A DNA stretch of 64,000 nt from Candidatus Stahliibacteriota bacterium. Lineage in GTDB: Bacteria; Hydrothermota; Tepidihabitantia; B3-TA06. Every line of letters begins with the position of its first letter. The stretch's first letter is position 1. The notes beneath the pieces were generated by a model that was not told the origin of the DNA, searched no databases, and saw only the letters and a list, made by a program, of their open reading frames with translations. The position numbers and the translations under genes are program-made. The stretch is from contig SOJW01000069.1 of the NCBI GenBank assembly GCA_004375895.1, positions 2,114 through 66,113 on the forward strand. Reading direction: 5' to 3'. Positions 40,201 to 48,905 of the stretch are shown in pieces.

Positions 40201-41428
40201 ACCTGATTTTCCGATCCCCGCTAAAAGCAAGAACCACAAGAACTTTCTCCCCATAGGGCTGTTGAAGATAGCGTCGTATTTGAGAGACAATAGGATCCAA
40301 GTACAACTTGTGAGGGGTGTACCTAAAGATTTGCAGAAGGCGTCTGAAATAAGAGAGTTTAAACCTAAAGAAATTTGGGTAACTTCGTTATTTACATATT
40401 GGGCAAGCTTCGTAAAGGAGTCTGTTCACTACTATAAAAAAATGTTCCCGCGAGCCAAGATTGTTGTTGGCGGAATCTATGCTTCTTTGTTTTCAAGGGA
40501 TGAGGTAAAAGAGTATACTGGATGTAACGAGGTGCACCAAGGAATAATCCCGGGGGCAGAAAAATACCCTCCGGCGTATGATCTTTTAGAAAACGCAAAT
40601 CCTCATCCAATTGATTACCAAATAATCCATGCCTCAAGGGGCTGCGAGAGGCATTGTACCTTCTGTGGGACATGGAAGATAGAACCGGAATTCATTCCTA
40701 AGGAGAGCATAAAGGACGAAATACACTTGGTGAAGCTGGTTTTTTACGACAACAACTTCCTGATGAATCCGTACATTGAGAACATATTGGGAGAGCTTAT
40801 GGATCTGAAACAAAAAAAAGAAATACTGTGGTGTGAGAGCCAATCTGGATTCGATGGAAGGATACTCCTTGAAAACCCTCACTTGGCAACGATGCTTAAG
40901 AAAGCAGGTTTTAGGTATCCTCGTATCGCGTGGGACGGAAGATACGACGAACACCCTCAAATAAAAAGTCAACTAGATGCGCTAAGAGAGGCGGGTTATC
41001 GTTCTAAGGACATCTATGTATTTATGCTTTATAATTGGCATGCACCCTTTGAGGAAATGGAAAAGAAACGATTGAAATGCTGGGATTGGAAAGTGCAAAT
41101 CGCGGATTGTAGGTTCAGACCTCTATCCCAATTATATGATAACTATAATCCGCGGGCAAAAGAAGGACAGCCGTCTAGCGATTATTATATTCACGAGGGA
41201 TGGACTGATGCGTTTGTAAGACAATTTCGAAGGAATGTGCGGGAACAAAACATTTGCGTTAGGCAAGAATTAGACTTTTATTCTTCTAGTTGTGAGCATA
41301 AAAAGTTGGATAGGGGAAGTGCAAGAGTAGTAAAAACTTTGAAAGGCAGACGGAGTAAAGAACGATTCCTGAAGGCTAGAGGTATAAGAGACTACTGGTT
41401 CCCAGGTGAAGTCAGATACCCCTTATGA
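40172..41428 (+). CDS. Cobalamin-binding-domain radical SAM enzyme
   Basis: PIGLLKIASYL and VGGIYASL (B12-like domain); SRGCERHCTFC (CxxxCxxC); YDNNFL. Confidence 0.9.
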   Translation: MMKKRILLVEPDFPIPAKSKNHKNFLPIGLLKIASYLRDNRIQVQLVRGVPKDLQKASEIREFKPKEIWVTSLFTYWASFVKESVHYYKKMFPRAKIVVGGIYASLFSRDEVKEYTGCNEVHQGIIPGAEKYPPAYDLLENANPHPIDYQIIHASRGCERHCTFCGTWKIEPEFIPKESIKDEIHLVKLVFYDNNFLMNPYIENILGELMDLKQKKEILWCESQSGFDGRILLENPHLATMLKKAGFRYPRIAWDGRYDEHPQIKSQLDALREAGYRSKDIYVFMLYNWHAPFEEMEKKRLKCWDWKVQIADCRFRPLSQLYDNYNPRAKEGQPSSDYYIHEGWTDAFVRQFRRNVREQNICVRQELDFYSSSCEHKKLDRGSARVVKTLKGRRSKERFLKARGIRDYWFPGEVRYPL

Positions 41429-41453
41429 TCTCCCTCTTTACAATTCGGCTATT

Positions 41454-41510
41454 CCCTTGCCCTAATCGTGCCCTAATTTTGCCCTAAAGCCTTGCACCAA
41501 AATTGCACCA
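41454..41510 (+). repeat. Element-end repeat, copy B
   Basis: 55/57 identical to 50504-50560. Confidence 0.85.
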
Positions 41511-41567
41511 AGGGTTTAACCCTGTGCTAACAAGTGTGCTAGTTTTAGCACACTTTTGGAGACTATG

Positions 41568-41680
41568 AAGACTCTGAAGAACATGGAGACAGTTCTTTAA
41601 GTCCCCTAATCCCGTCAGTTCTGGCTTATGTTGAGCTTTCTCAATTGCTTATCAGGATAGGGAATAGCGGTTTTGCAGAC
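41568..41680 (+). repeat. att-like end: GA(A)GAC arm repeats plus GGTTTTGCAGA core
   Basis: Diverged direct copy at 50316-50435. Confidence 0.65.
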
Positions 41681-41708
41681 CGCCGCCTTACCACTTGGCT
41701 ATGCCGCC
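41660..41708 (-). tRNA. tRNA-Cys(GCA), 5' 49 nt only (T-arm and 3' acceptor strand missing)
   Basis: GGCGGCATAGCCAAGTGGTAAGGCGGCGGTCTGCAAAACCGCTATTCCC; TTGACA-N16-TATAGT promoter upstream. Confidence 0.85.
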
Positions 41709-41886
41709 TTAAACATAACTATATTAAATTATAGAAGGTTGTCAAGGTTGAAGTATTACAGGGCGAGCGGTTTGTCTGACCGCCGTCCTTAGGTATAGAG
41801 GGTTACCTTAATACCAGCACTTTTGCACACTTGAAAGACCGATAAGCGATAATACACCGCGTTACGACCAATCCCTGCGCAACTGC

Positions 41887-43263
41887 CTAGGCCTTGAACT
41901 TGTCCGAAAGGGGATACACCCTTTGTTTGGCGTGATCCCTCTGGAACAGATTCAGCTGGAAGAAGTAGGCCGACATGAATAAGGTACGGGCTATCTGGGT
42001 GGCGAAGCCTTCCTCCCCGGAGTAGCTGGTGATGAACCGCCACCAGCGCTTCAGGATGTTTTTCCAGGAGTAGTACACCCGGTTCACCCGTTCAAAGGCT
42101 TTAAACACGTCGTCCGACCCCACCCCTTTGGGCATGTGCACCAGATGGTCGCCTTCGTAATGGGAAAGATCCTTGTCGAAGATGCGCCCCTCCGCATTCA
42201 CCTTGCGGTGGAAGGGTGTACCTTTTATGGGTATGGAGATGGAGAGCAGTATGGCGCTGGGATCGATCTCCTCCAGATGCTCTGGCAGGCTCTCGTAGTA
42301 CTCCGGGGTATCCTCGTCAAGCCCCAGCATCACCCCGGTGAAGGTCATGATCCTGCGTCTCTTGAGCTTTTCGAACAGCTCCTTGTACTCCTCCACCCGG
42401 TTCTGTTTCTTGTGAACGGACAGGAGGCTGGGCTCGTTAAGGGACTCCAGGCCCAAAAAAGCTAGCCCGGCACGCGCCTTGACCAAAAGGTTCACAAACT
42501 CGTCGTCGTGCAGACAGTCGAAGCTGAACTGGAACCCCACCCCCCACATCCTGAGTTTGGCGATCTCCCTCACAACTTCCTTGGCGTATTCTATATCACC
42601 GCCGAAGTTGTTGTCGTGAAGCATCGCCACCTTGCGTTTGAGGAAGGGGAGCTTGGATGTAGCCGTAAGGTCGCGGATCACGTCCCTCACCGGCCGCTTG
42701 CGGAACGGGGCGTTCTGGATGGTGAGCTGGCAGAAGCTGCACTTGTAGGGACACCCCCGGGTGGCCTCGGTCACCACGGGCACGGAAAAGTCCGGCTCAA
42801 TAAGGTCGTATCGCGGTGGCGGGATATTATCAAGGGGTGCCCCGAAGGGAGCTTCGTAAACCTTCTTCGACTTCCCTGCGACCAGATCCCTGACCACCTG
42901 GGGCCAGATACGTTCGGCCTCGCCCACCACTGTTACGTTCATGTAGGGGATTACTTCCCGGGGGAAGGTGGAAGGGTATCTGCCACCCGCCACCACGATC
43001 TTGCCCTTCTCTCTGAACCTTTTGGCAACCTCGATGGCATGCGGGGCGCAGAAATCCATGAAGCTTAAGGCGATGATGTCCGCGTCGGTATCGTAATCAA
43101 TAGGCCTTACCATCTCGTGACGCAAACTCACCTCCACCGCAGGAGGGGTGAGGCCTGCCACCAACGCACCTGACAACGGCGGTGCCGGGGATCGGGCATA
43201 GTAAGCCTGCTTTTCGCCCAGATTCTGGAAAAGCACAATTATTTCAACTTTGGGTTTAGCCAT
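41887..43263 (-). CDS. B12-binding-domain radical SAM protein
   Basis: VVAGGRYPS, GEAE, TRGCPYKCSFC, DNNF, GLESL. Confidence 0.92.
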   Translation of the reverse strand: MAKPKVEIIVLFQNLGEKQAYYARSPAPPLSGALVAGLTPPAVEVSLRHEMVRPIDYDTDADIIALSFMDFCAPHAIEVAKRFREKGKIVVAGGRYPSTFPREVIPYMNVTVVGEAERIWPQVVRDLVAGKSKKVYEAPFGAPLDNIPPPRYDLIEPDFSVPVVTEATRGCPYKCSFCQLTIQNAPFRKRPVRDVIRDLTATSKLPFLKRKVAMLHDNNFGGDIEYAKEVVREIAKLRMWGVGFQFSFDCLHDDEFVNLLVKARAGLAFLGLESLNEPSLLSVHKKQNRVEEYKELFEKLKRRRIMTFTGVMLGLDEDTPEYYESLPEHLEEIDPSAILLSISIPIKGTPFHRKVNAEGRIFDKDLSHYEGDHLVHMPKGVGSDDVFKAFERVNRVYYSWKNILKRWWRFITSYSGEEGFATQIARTLFMSAYFFQLNLFQRDHAKQRVYPLSDKFKA

Positions 43264-43272
43264 AAATGCCTC

Positions 43273-44076
43273 TCAGTCGCGCAACTTACGCGCAATCTTT
43301 CTCATTGTCATTTCGTTTAACCCTGGTAGGAGCCCCTTGAAGACTGCCAGGGCTTTGCCTTCCAGGGTCATAACCAGATCCCTTTTCCCTCTTTCAATTG
43401 CCTTGACGATGGCTGCCGCCACCTTGGGGGCGGGGCGGTAGGGATGTCGAGGCCGGTGTCCGCCCCCTACGTTCTTTTCCTTTTCAAACATCTCTGTCTG
43501 GACATAGCCGGGGCAGACAATCATCACCCGCACCCCGGTCTTTCGTATCGCCTGTTCTGCCCGCAGGCTCTGGCTTACCGCCATAAGGCCGGCCTTGCTG
43601 GAGCTGTAGGTAGCAAGGTAGGGTATGCCATGCAGACCGGCAACCGAAGAGATGTTGACGATCAAGCCCTTACCCTGCCTTTTCATAACGGGAAGCACCT
43701 CGTACATGCAGCGCAGCGCCCCGAAGAAGTTGACCTCGAATACGTCCTGGAAATCCTCGACGCTTACCCTTGCCGTTTCCCCATAGACCGCAGTACCCGC
43801 GTTATTTACCATAATGTCGGTCCCTCCCAGACGATCCACGCAGCTCTTGACGAGATTTGCTACATCTTTTTTAACCCTCACGTCGCATTTTACCACAAGA
43901 GGGGTTGGAGCTTGGGGGAACTCGGAGGTGATACGGGCAGCCACCTGACGTAACCTCTCCAGTCTCCGGGCCGCCAGTACCACCACCGCGCCTTTGCGGG
44001 CGAACTCTGCGGCAAGGGCCGCTCCCAGTCCTGACGACGCACCGGTTACCACTACCCGACTGCCTTCAATTCTCAT
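43273..44076 (-). CDS. SDR-family oxidoreductase
   Basis: TGASSGLG, NNAG, YSSSK. Confidence 0.95.
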   Translation of the reverse strand: MRIEGSRVVVTGASSGLGAALAAEFARKGAVVVLAARRLERLRQVAARITSEFPQAPTPLVVKCDVRVKKDVANLVKSCVDRLGGTDIMVNNAGTAVYGETARVSVEDFQDVFEVNFFGALRCMYEVLPVMKRQGKGLIVNISSVAGLHGIPYLATYSSSKAGLMAVSQSLRAEQAIRKTGVRVMIVCPGYVQTEMFEKEKNVGGGHRPRHPYRPAPKVAAAIVKAIERGKRDLVMTLEGKALAVFKGLLPGLNEMTMRKIARKLRD

Positions 44077-45853
44077 TCCGCTTCCCCGGTTTTTTGTAAA
44101 GGGAAAGGATGCGTTTGGCGTAGCGCTTGAGGATCATTTTTCGCCGGAGCTTAAGAGTGGGGGTAAGCAGCCCGTTCTCTATGGTGAACTTCTCCGGTAT
44201 CAGGGCGAACGCCCTGGCTTGTTCGTGATGCGCCAGCCCAACATTCACCTCTTCTATCTCATGCTCGATGAGTTCGGTGATCTTGCTTGACTCCAAAAGC
44301 GAGGGATAGTCATCAAAAGGAATGTTGTTGTCCCCGGCGTACTTCTCAACCGATTCCTGGTGGGGAACGAGGAGGGCTACCAGGTATTTCCTTTTCTCGC
44401 CGAAGATCATGGCCTGCTCGACGTATGGGCTATGGGTGATTTTTGCCTCGATGGGCGCGGGCGCGATATTCGCCCCGTATGAGGTGACGATTAGCTCCTT
44501 TATCCTGCCGGTTATGATGAGGTTGCCTTTCTTGTCGAACCTGCCCTGATCGCCGGTGTGGAACCAGCCGTCCTTGTCTATAACCTTGGCCGTCTCGGCG
44601 GGTTTGTTGAGATAGCCCTTCATCACGTTGGGGCCTTTGACCAGGATCTCGGAGTTCTTCCCGATCCTCACCTCGACCCCCTCAAGGGGTTTACCCACCG
44701 TGCCCAGCACGTTATCTTCAATCGTATTACAGCAAACCACGGGCGAGGTTTCGGTGAGACCGTAACCCTGCAGGATGTTGAATCCCAGGACATAGAACAC
44801 TTTTGCAATCTTCTTGTCCAGTGGTGCTCCCCCGGAGAAAACCATGCGCAGCTTCCCCCCGCCGATCTTGCGGAATTTTGACCCTACGACAGCATCGTAG
44901 AAAAGATGTCTTATCCACAGCCCCAGCGGTACTTTCTGGCTCCTGTACTTGAGATTGGCATAGGTATTGAGGTTCCTTATGGCGGAAGCCACCAGTATCT
45001 TTTGAAGGCCCGGGCCTTCCATTACCCTTTTGGTAACCTCATGATGGACTTTTTCCAGTACCCGGGGTACGGCAAGCATTATGGTGGGACGGATAGTGGC
45101 CACGTCCTGGGCAATAGTGGTCAGGTTTTCAGCAAAGGCGATACTGCCTCCCAGGAACAGCATGGAGTAACAACAGCAGGTACGCTCTAGCATGTGGCAT
45201 AGAGGTAGGTAGGAAACCACAACGTCGTGGGAATTTCCGTGCACCACTTCTATGGCGCTTGTGGTATTGGTGACGATATTGTTGTGGGTAAGGATTACTC
45301 CTTTAGGATTCCCGGTCGTGCCCGAGGTATAGACGATGGTTGCGACATCATCCTTATCTACGGTGATCGGGGTGTCAATGGTAGAGTCAGATTTTTTCTT
45401 CACATCCTCAAAGCGCAGGAACTTGCTCTTGCTTTCCGCCTGCGAATCGTCAAACACCACCACTGTCTTAAGGGAAGGGAGTCTGTTCCGGATGCCGTCA
45501 ATCAGGGACAGGAGCTCGGCGTTCTCCACAAACAGCAGCTTGATCATGGAGTCTTTGATTATGAACCTTACCACGGGAGCAGGCAATGTATGGTAAATGG
45601 GGACAACAACGCCGCCCAGCTTGAGGGCTGCCAGGTCGGCCATAAGCCACTCCGGCCGGTTGTAGGAGAATATACCGACGCGATCCCCCTTGCCTATCCC
45701 TAACTTGCGAAGCCCTGCAGCGACCGCATCTACTGAATCGTTCAACTCCCCGTAGGTTATCGGCGAATACTTGCCTTCTTTCTTGTACAGAAGGGCGGTT
45801 CTCTGCGAATGTTTCCTCGCTGCGTCCAGAAAAGATTGATAGATTGTTTCCAT
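44066..45853 (-). CDS. Long-chain fatty acid-CoA ligase
   Basis: YTSGTTGNPKG, GYGLTETS, GWFHTGD, TPTLKLRR. Confidence 0.95.
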   Translation of the reverse strand: METIYQSFLDAARKHSQRTALLYKKEGKYSPITYGELNDSVDAVAAGLRKLGIGKGDRVGIFSYNRPEWLMADLAALKLGGVVVPIYHTLPAPVVRFIIKDSMIKLLFVENAELLSLIDGIRNRLPSLKTVVVFDDSQAESKSKFLRFEDVKKKSDSTIDTPITVDKDDVATIVYTSGTTGNPKGVILTHNNIVTNTTSAIEVVHGNSHDVVVSYLPLCHMLERTCCCYSMLFLGGSIAFAENLTTIAQDVATIRPTIMLAVPRVLEKVHHEVTKRVMEGPGLQKILVASAIRNLNTYANLKYRSQKVPLGLWIRHLFYDAVVGSKFRKIGGGKLRMVFSGGAPLDKKIAKVFYVLGFNILQGYGLTETSPVVCCNTIEDNVLGTVGKPLEGVEVRIGKNSEILVKGPNVMKGYLNKPAETAKVIDKDGWFHTGDQGRFDKKGNLIITGRIKELIVTSYGANIAPAPIEAKITHSPYVEQAMIFGEKRKYLVALLVPHQESVEKYAGDNNIPFDDYPSLLESSKITELIEHEIEEVNVGLAHHEQARAFALIPEKFTIENGLLTPTLKLRRKMILKRYAKRILSLYKKPGKRNEN

Positions 45854-45854
45854 A

Positions 45855-46937
45855 CTACTCAAGCCTCCATTTTTCTCCTATGGCCCTGAACTGCTCGAGA
45901 TATTGTGCCATGTTGCCCTCCACGGCATAAAAAAGGTTACGCAGGGGGACCATATCTATGTCAACCCTGCGACCGGACGGGAACGCAAGAGTCAAGGTTG
46001 GAGAAGCCTTTACTATACCTAATCTGATCGGGGCAAAACCCTGGGAGGAAGCCGCATTGTTAAATGAGTTGAGTTTGGATTCCGGAACCGTAAACACCAG
46101 CTCGAACTCGCCATGAAGCCCGGCTGCCATTGCCCAGGCAGGTGTGTCGGTAGCCTTACACAGCTTCAATGCCCGGGGATCAATCATCTTCTCCCAGTCA
46201 CACTCGATCTCGAACCCCAGCCCGTTGATCCGCATCAACTGATCCAGGGCGCTAAACAGCCCGTCGCTTGTATCCATGCACGATGAGGCGTACTCACTTA
46301 TAGTTTGACCTTCCTTCAGGCGGGCGATTGGTCGATACAGCTTCTCCGGGAAAACCTCATCGGGAAGCCCGGCAAGCCTGGCCGCTGCCAGGGCGTTGCC
46401 CGAACCTGCCGGTCCGGTGATGAAGACGCTATCTCCTTCCTTGCATCCGGTGCGCATCATCACCCTGTCCTTATCCACCAGCCCGAAAGCGCAACCGGTA
46501 AGCGAGATGGTGGGGGTGGTGTTTACATCTCCGCCCAGGATGTGTATCCCCAGCTTCTGGCAGGCGTCCTGCATGCCCCGGGCTACTGCGTCGGTGAAAG
46601 TCTGGTCTCTGGTCGGCTCCAGTGAGGTGGATATAACCAGCCCCACAGGATCGGCTCCCACCGCGGCCAGGTCGCTTACGGTGGCCATCACCGTGACCCA
46701 GCCCATGGTGTAGGGGTCTCTATAAAAACCGAGGAGGATCTCTTCGGCTATGGTGTCTATAGTTATCGCCAGATAGCGATGCAGATCACCTGCTATCTCC
46801 ACCAGCTCCGCGTCCGTCTGGTGGGATCGGTTTACTTGATGCGGGGCACGGGCAAAATGCCTGGCCCAGGAGTCTATGATGGCGTTTTCGGCTATCTGTT
46901 GCATGTCTTGCTTTTCACGGGCGTCATTACTATTCAT
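45855..46937 (-). CDS. ThiL-like (PurM superfamily) kinase
   Basis: SDLAAVGA, GGDVN, MDTSDGL, GEFELVFT; ATGA-coupled to the upstream kinase. Confidence 0.85.
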   Translation of the reverse strand: MNSNDAREKQDMQQIAENAIIDSWARHFARAPHQVNRSHQTDAELVEIAGDLHRYLAITIDTIAEEILLGFYRDPYTMGWVTVMATVSDLAAVGADPVGLVISTSLEPTRDQTFTDAVARGMQDACQKLGIHILGGDVNTTPTISLTGCAFGLVDKDRVMMRTGCKEGDSVFITGPAGSGNALAAARLAGLPDEVFPEKLYRPIARLKEGQTISEYASSCMDTSDGLFSALDQLMRINGLGFEIECDWEKMIDPRALKLCKATDTPAWAMAAGLHGEFELVFTVPESKLNSFNNAASSQGFAPIRLGIVKASPTLTLAFPSGRRVDIDMVPLRNLFYAVEGNMAQYLEQFRAIGEKWRLE

Positions 46938-47890
46938 AGGCAACACCTCACAGCTTTAGGGATAACTTTGAAACGAGCATTTCTCGTCCGGACCACCTCA
47001 CCGTCCAACTCTAAGGCGAATGTCCGATTGCTCTCGACAGTGAGGTGGGTAGCGCTCCAACAGTTGGTTCTGGGACGTCCTTGGAACCTGGCTTTGGCTA
47101 GACCTGCAATCAACCCAACCCTTTCCAGCATGGAAGTTCCTCCACAGAGATTGATGCCTAACTCTCCGTCGTCTGGTTTGATGGGAGTATCGTAACAGAA
47201 GTGGCCTGCGAAATGGGGATTCTTGATGATTCCTAGATTGGTCACCGGAAGCTTCTTGGGTTCCCCATCGTCAATAGAGAGCTGACAGGGTATGTCGTGA
47301 TAGGTAAACATCGCTTTCAGGGCACAGGCTACGATGGCAGCCTCTACAGAGATCTTCCGCGCCACCTTGATGAATCCGGAGCGTTCGTTAAAAAGAGCAT
47401 TAGCCTCAGCCGTAATGCCTATGCTGGCGTTTATGATGCAGAATTGGGTGTTCTGCATCCCTTCGAGGTACTGGTAGGATATCTGTATTACATCACATAG
47501 GAAAGCGTTCTTTGCATCGATCCTTACGGGTATTCCATTGATAAATGTCTGGGGCCGGAACGGCTTATGGAAATCGTTGCTCGAACCAAGCCCCACTGCA
47601 CCGAGAGTTATCCGGTTGTGTGCCCCCCTTTCGGTCATCACCGCATTGAGCAGAAGATTAACCGTCCCGTCCCCGCCTGCCGCTATAAGTAAGTTATCTC
47701 CGTCTCTTATAGCTCTACTCACATACTCCGCAAACCTCTGGGGCGAATCCGGCACCTCGGTTTTGAATCTTCCTATCCGCCTGCCCAACTCATCCTTGAC
47801 CTGCTCCCATCGCTTGAGTCCGGTACCGTAACTGCAGAAAGGGTTCAAAAGCACCATTGTGCCCGGTCTTTTCCGCATTTGTCTACTCAT
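46934..47890 (-). CDS. Diacylglycerol/sphingosine kinase family protein
   Basis: LLNP, AAGGDGTV, GSSNDF, LDGE. Confidence 0.92.
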   Translation of the reverse strand: MSRQMRKRPGTMVLLNPFCSYGTGLKRWEQVKDELGRRIGRFKTEVPDSPQRFAEYVSRAIRDGDNLLIAAGGDGTVNLLLNAVMTERGAHNRITLGAVGLGSSNDFHKPFRPQTFINGIPVRIDAKNAFLCDVIQISYQYLEGMQNTQFCIINASIGITAEANALFNERSGFIKVARKISVEAAIVACALKAMFTYHDIPCQLSIDDGEPKKLPVTNLGIIKNPHFAGHFCYDTPIKPDDGELGINLCGGTSMLERVGLIAGLAKARFQGRPRTNCWSATHLTVESNRTFALELDGEVVRTRNARFKVIPKAVRCCL

Positions 47891-47902
47891 TCGTTGCCAT
47901 CT

Positions 47903-48904
47903 CTACACCTGGGTTTTTTCCGGCCTGAGCCTTAAGACCAGCTCAAAGGCTCCGTAGAATACCGCCATGCACACTATCCATATCCAGTGGGGTCGCAGGG
48001 TGAGGACTATGGCCAGACAATAGAGGATAAACGCCCGTACCACGTTGGCTATGGGGGCGTGGGACTTTGCTTCGTCCCGGGTGAGGTGGATCTTGATCTG
48101 GGCAAAGATGTTTATGCCCAGGGCTATCACGAATACCACTATCCCCAAAAGTCTCAACAGATCAAGCTCTTTGAATCCAATCAGACATATCACCCAGCCG
48201 GTCAGGACGGCGATTGCCGCCGCCACCACGTCGCTGTAGATCGCGCCCGCAACCCACCCGAACGTCACCTGGAAGGTACGGTAACCGGTCTTGCGGTCCG
48301 CGGAGATGTCCTTGAAGTACCCCATGACCACGAAGTTGGCGTAGCCCGCGAAGACGGCAAGAATCGCCAGGAAGAAGGCAAGGTTGTACGGATCGCGGAG
48401 GTTGAAAAAGGTCCGCAGCTTATATCCCCGGTCCACCAGCCTTCCCATGATGGGCAAGAGCGCCACGATCCAGGAGTTCCAGGGCGGACCGCCCCACCAG
48501 GTTCGCTTGAGCCAGGTGTAAGTCAGGAGCCCTGCCACCGCCGCAACCCCGAAAACCAGAATCCAGTAGTTGAGATAGCTCATGATGGCAACCCCTGTCC
48601 CCAACCCGACCAGACTGGTGATTAAGACCTGCTTCCTGGTAATCACACCTCTTACCAGTGGCCTGTAGGGCGAGGAGATCGCATCGGTGTCGGTCTGGAA
48701 GCAATCGGTGAGCGCTTGGCCCAGGCCGTAGGAAAAAAACATAGGAATGAATCCCAGCACCAATCTCCACACTGGCTGGGATGGTATAAACGCCAGACCG
48801 ACAAGAGCTGCCGCCCCGGAAACAAACAAGAGGTAGGGCCGCATAGTGATGAGATAGGAACGGAAAAACCCGACGCTGAAGAAACGGTAAGGGGTCCTGT
48901 TCAT
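47903..48904 (-). CDS. UbiA-family prenyltransferase
   Basis: TMRP, TDCFQTDTD...RPL..G, FKDISAD; about 8 TM segments. Confidence 0.88.
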   Translation of the reverse strand: MNRTPYRFFSVGFFRSYLITMRPYLLFVSGAAALVGLAFIPSQPVWRLVLGFIPMFFSYGLGQALTDCFQTDTDAISSPYRPLVRGVITRKQVLITSLVGLGTGVAIMSYLNYWILVFGVAAVAGLLTYTWLKRTWWGGPPWNSWIVALLPIMGRLVDRGYKLRTFFNLRDPYNLAFFLAILAVFAGYANFVVMGYFKDISADRKTGYRTFQVTFGWVAGAIYSDVVAAAIAVLTGWVICLIGFKELDLLRLLGIVVFVIALGINIFAQIKIHLTRDEAKSHAPIANVVRAFILYCLAIVLTLRPHWIWIVCMAVFYGAFELVLRLRPEKTQV

Positions 48905-48905
48905 C

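Noticed and set aside
35465-41428. Complete Dnd phosphorothioation system
   Set aside because: No DndA/IscS, DndB or DndC (PAPS-reductase) gene in the window
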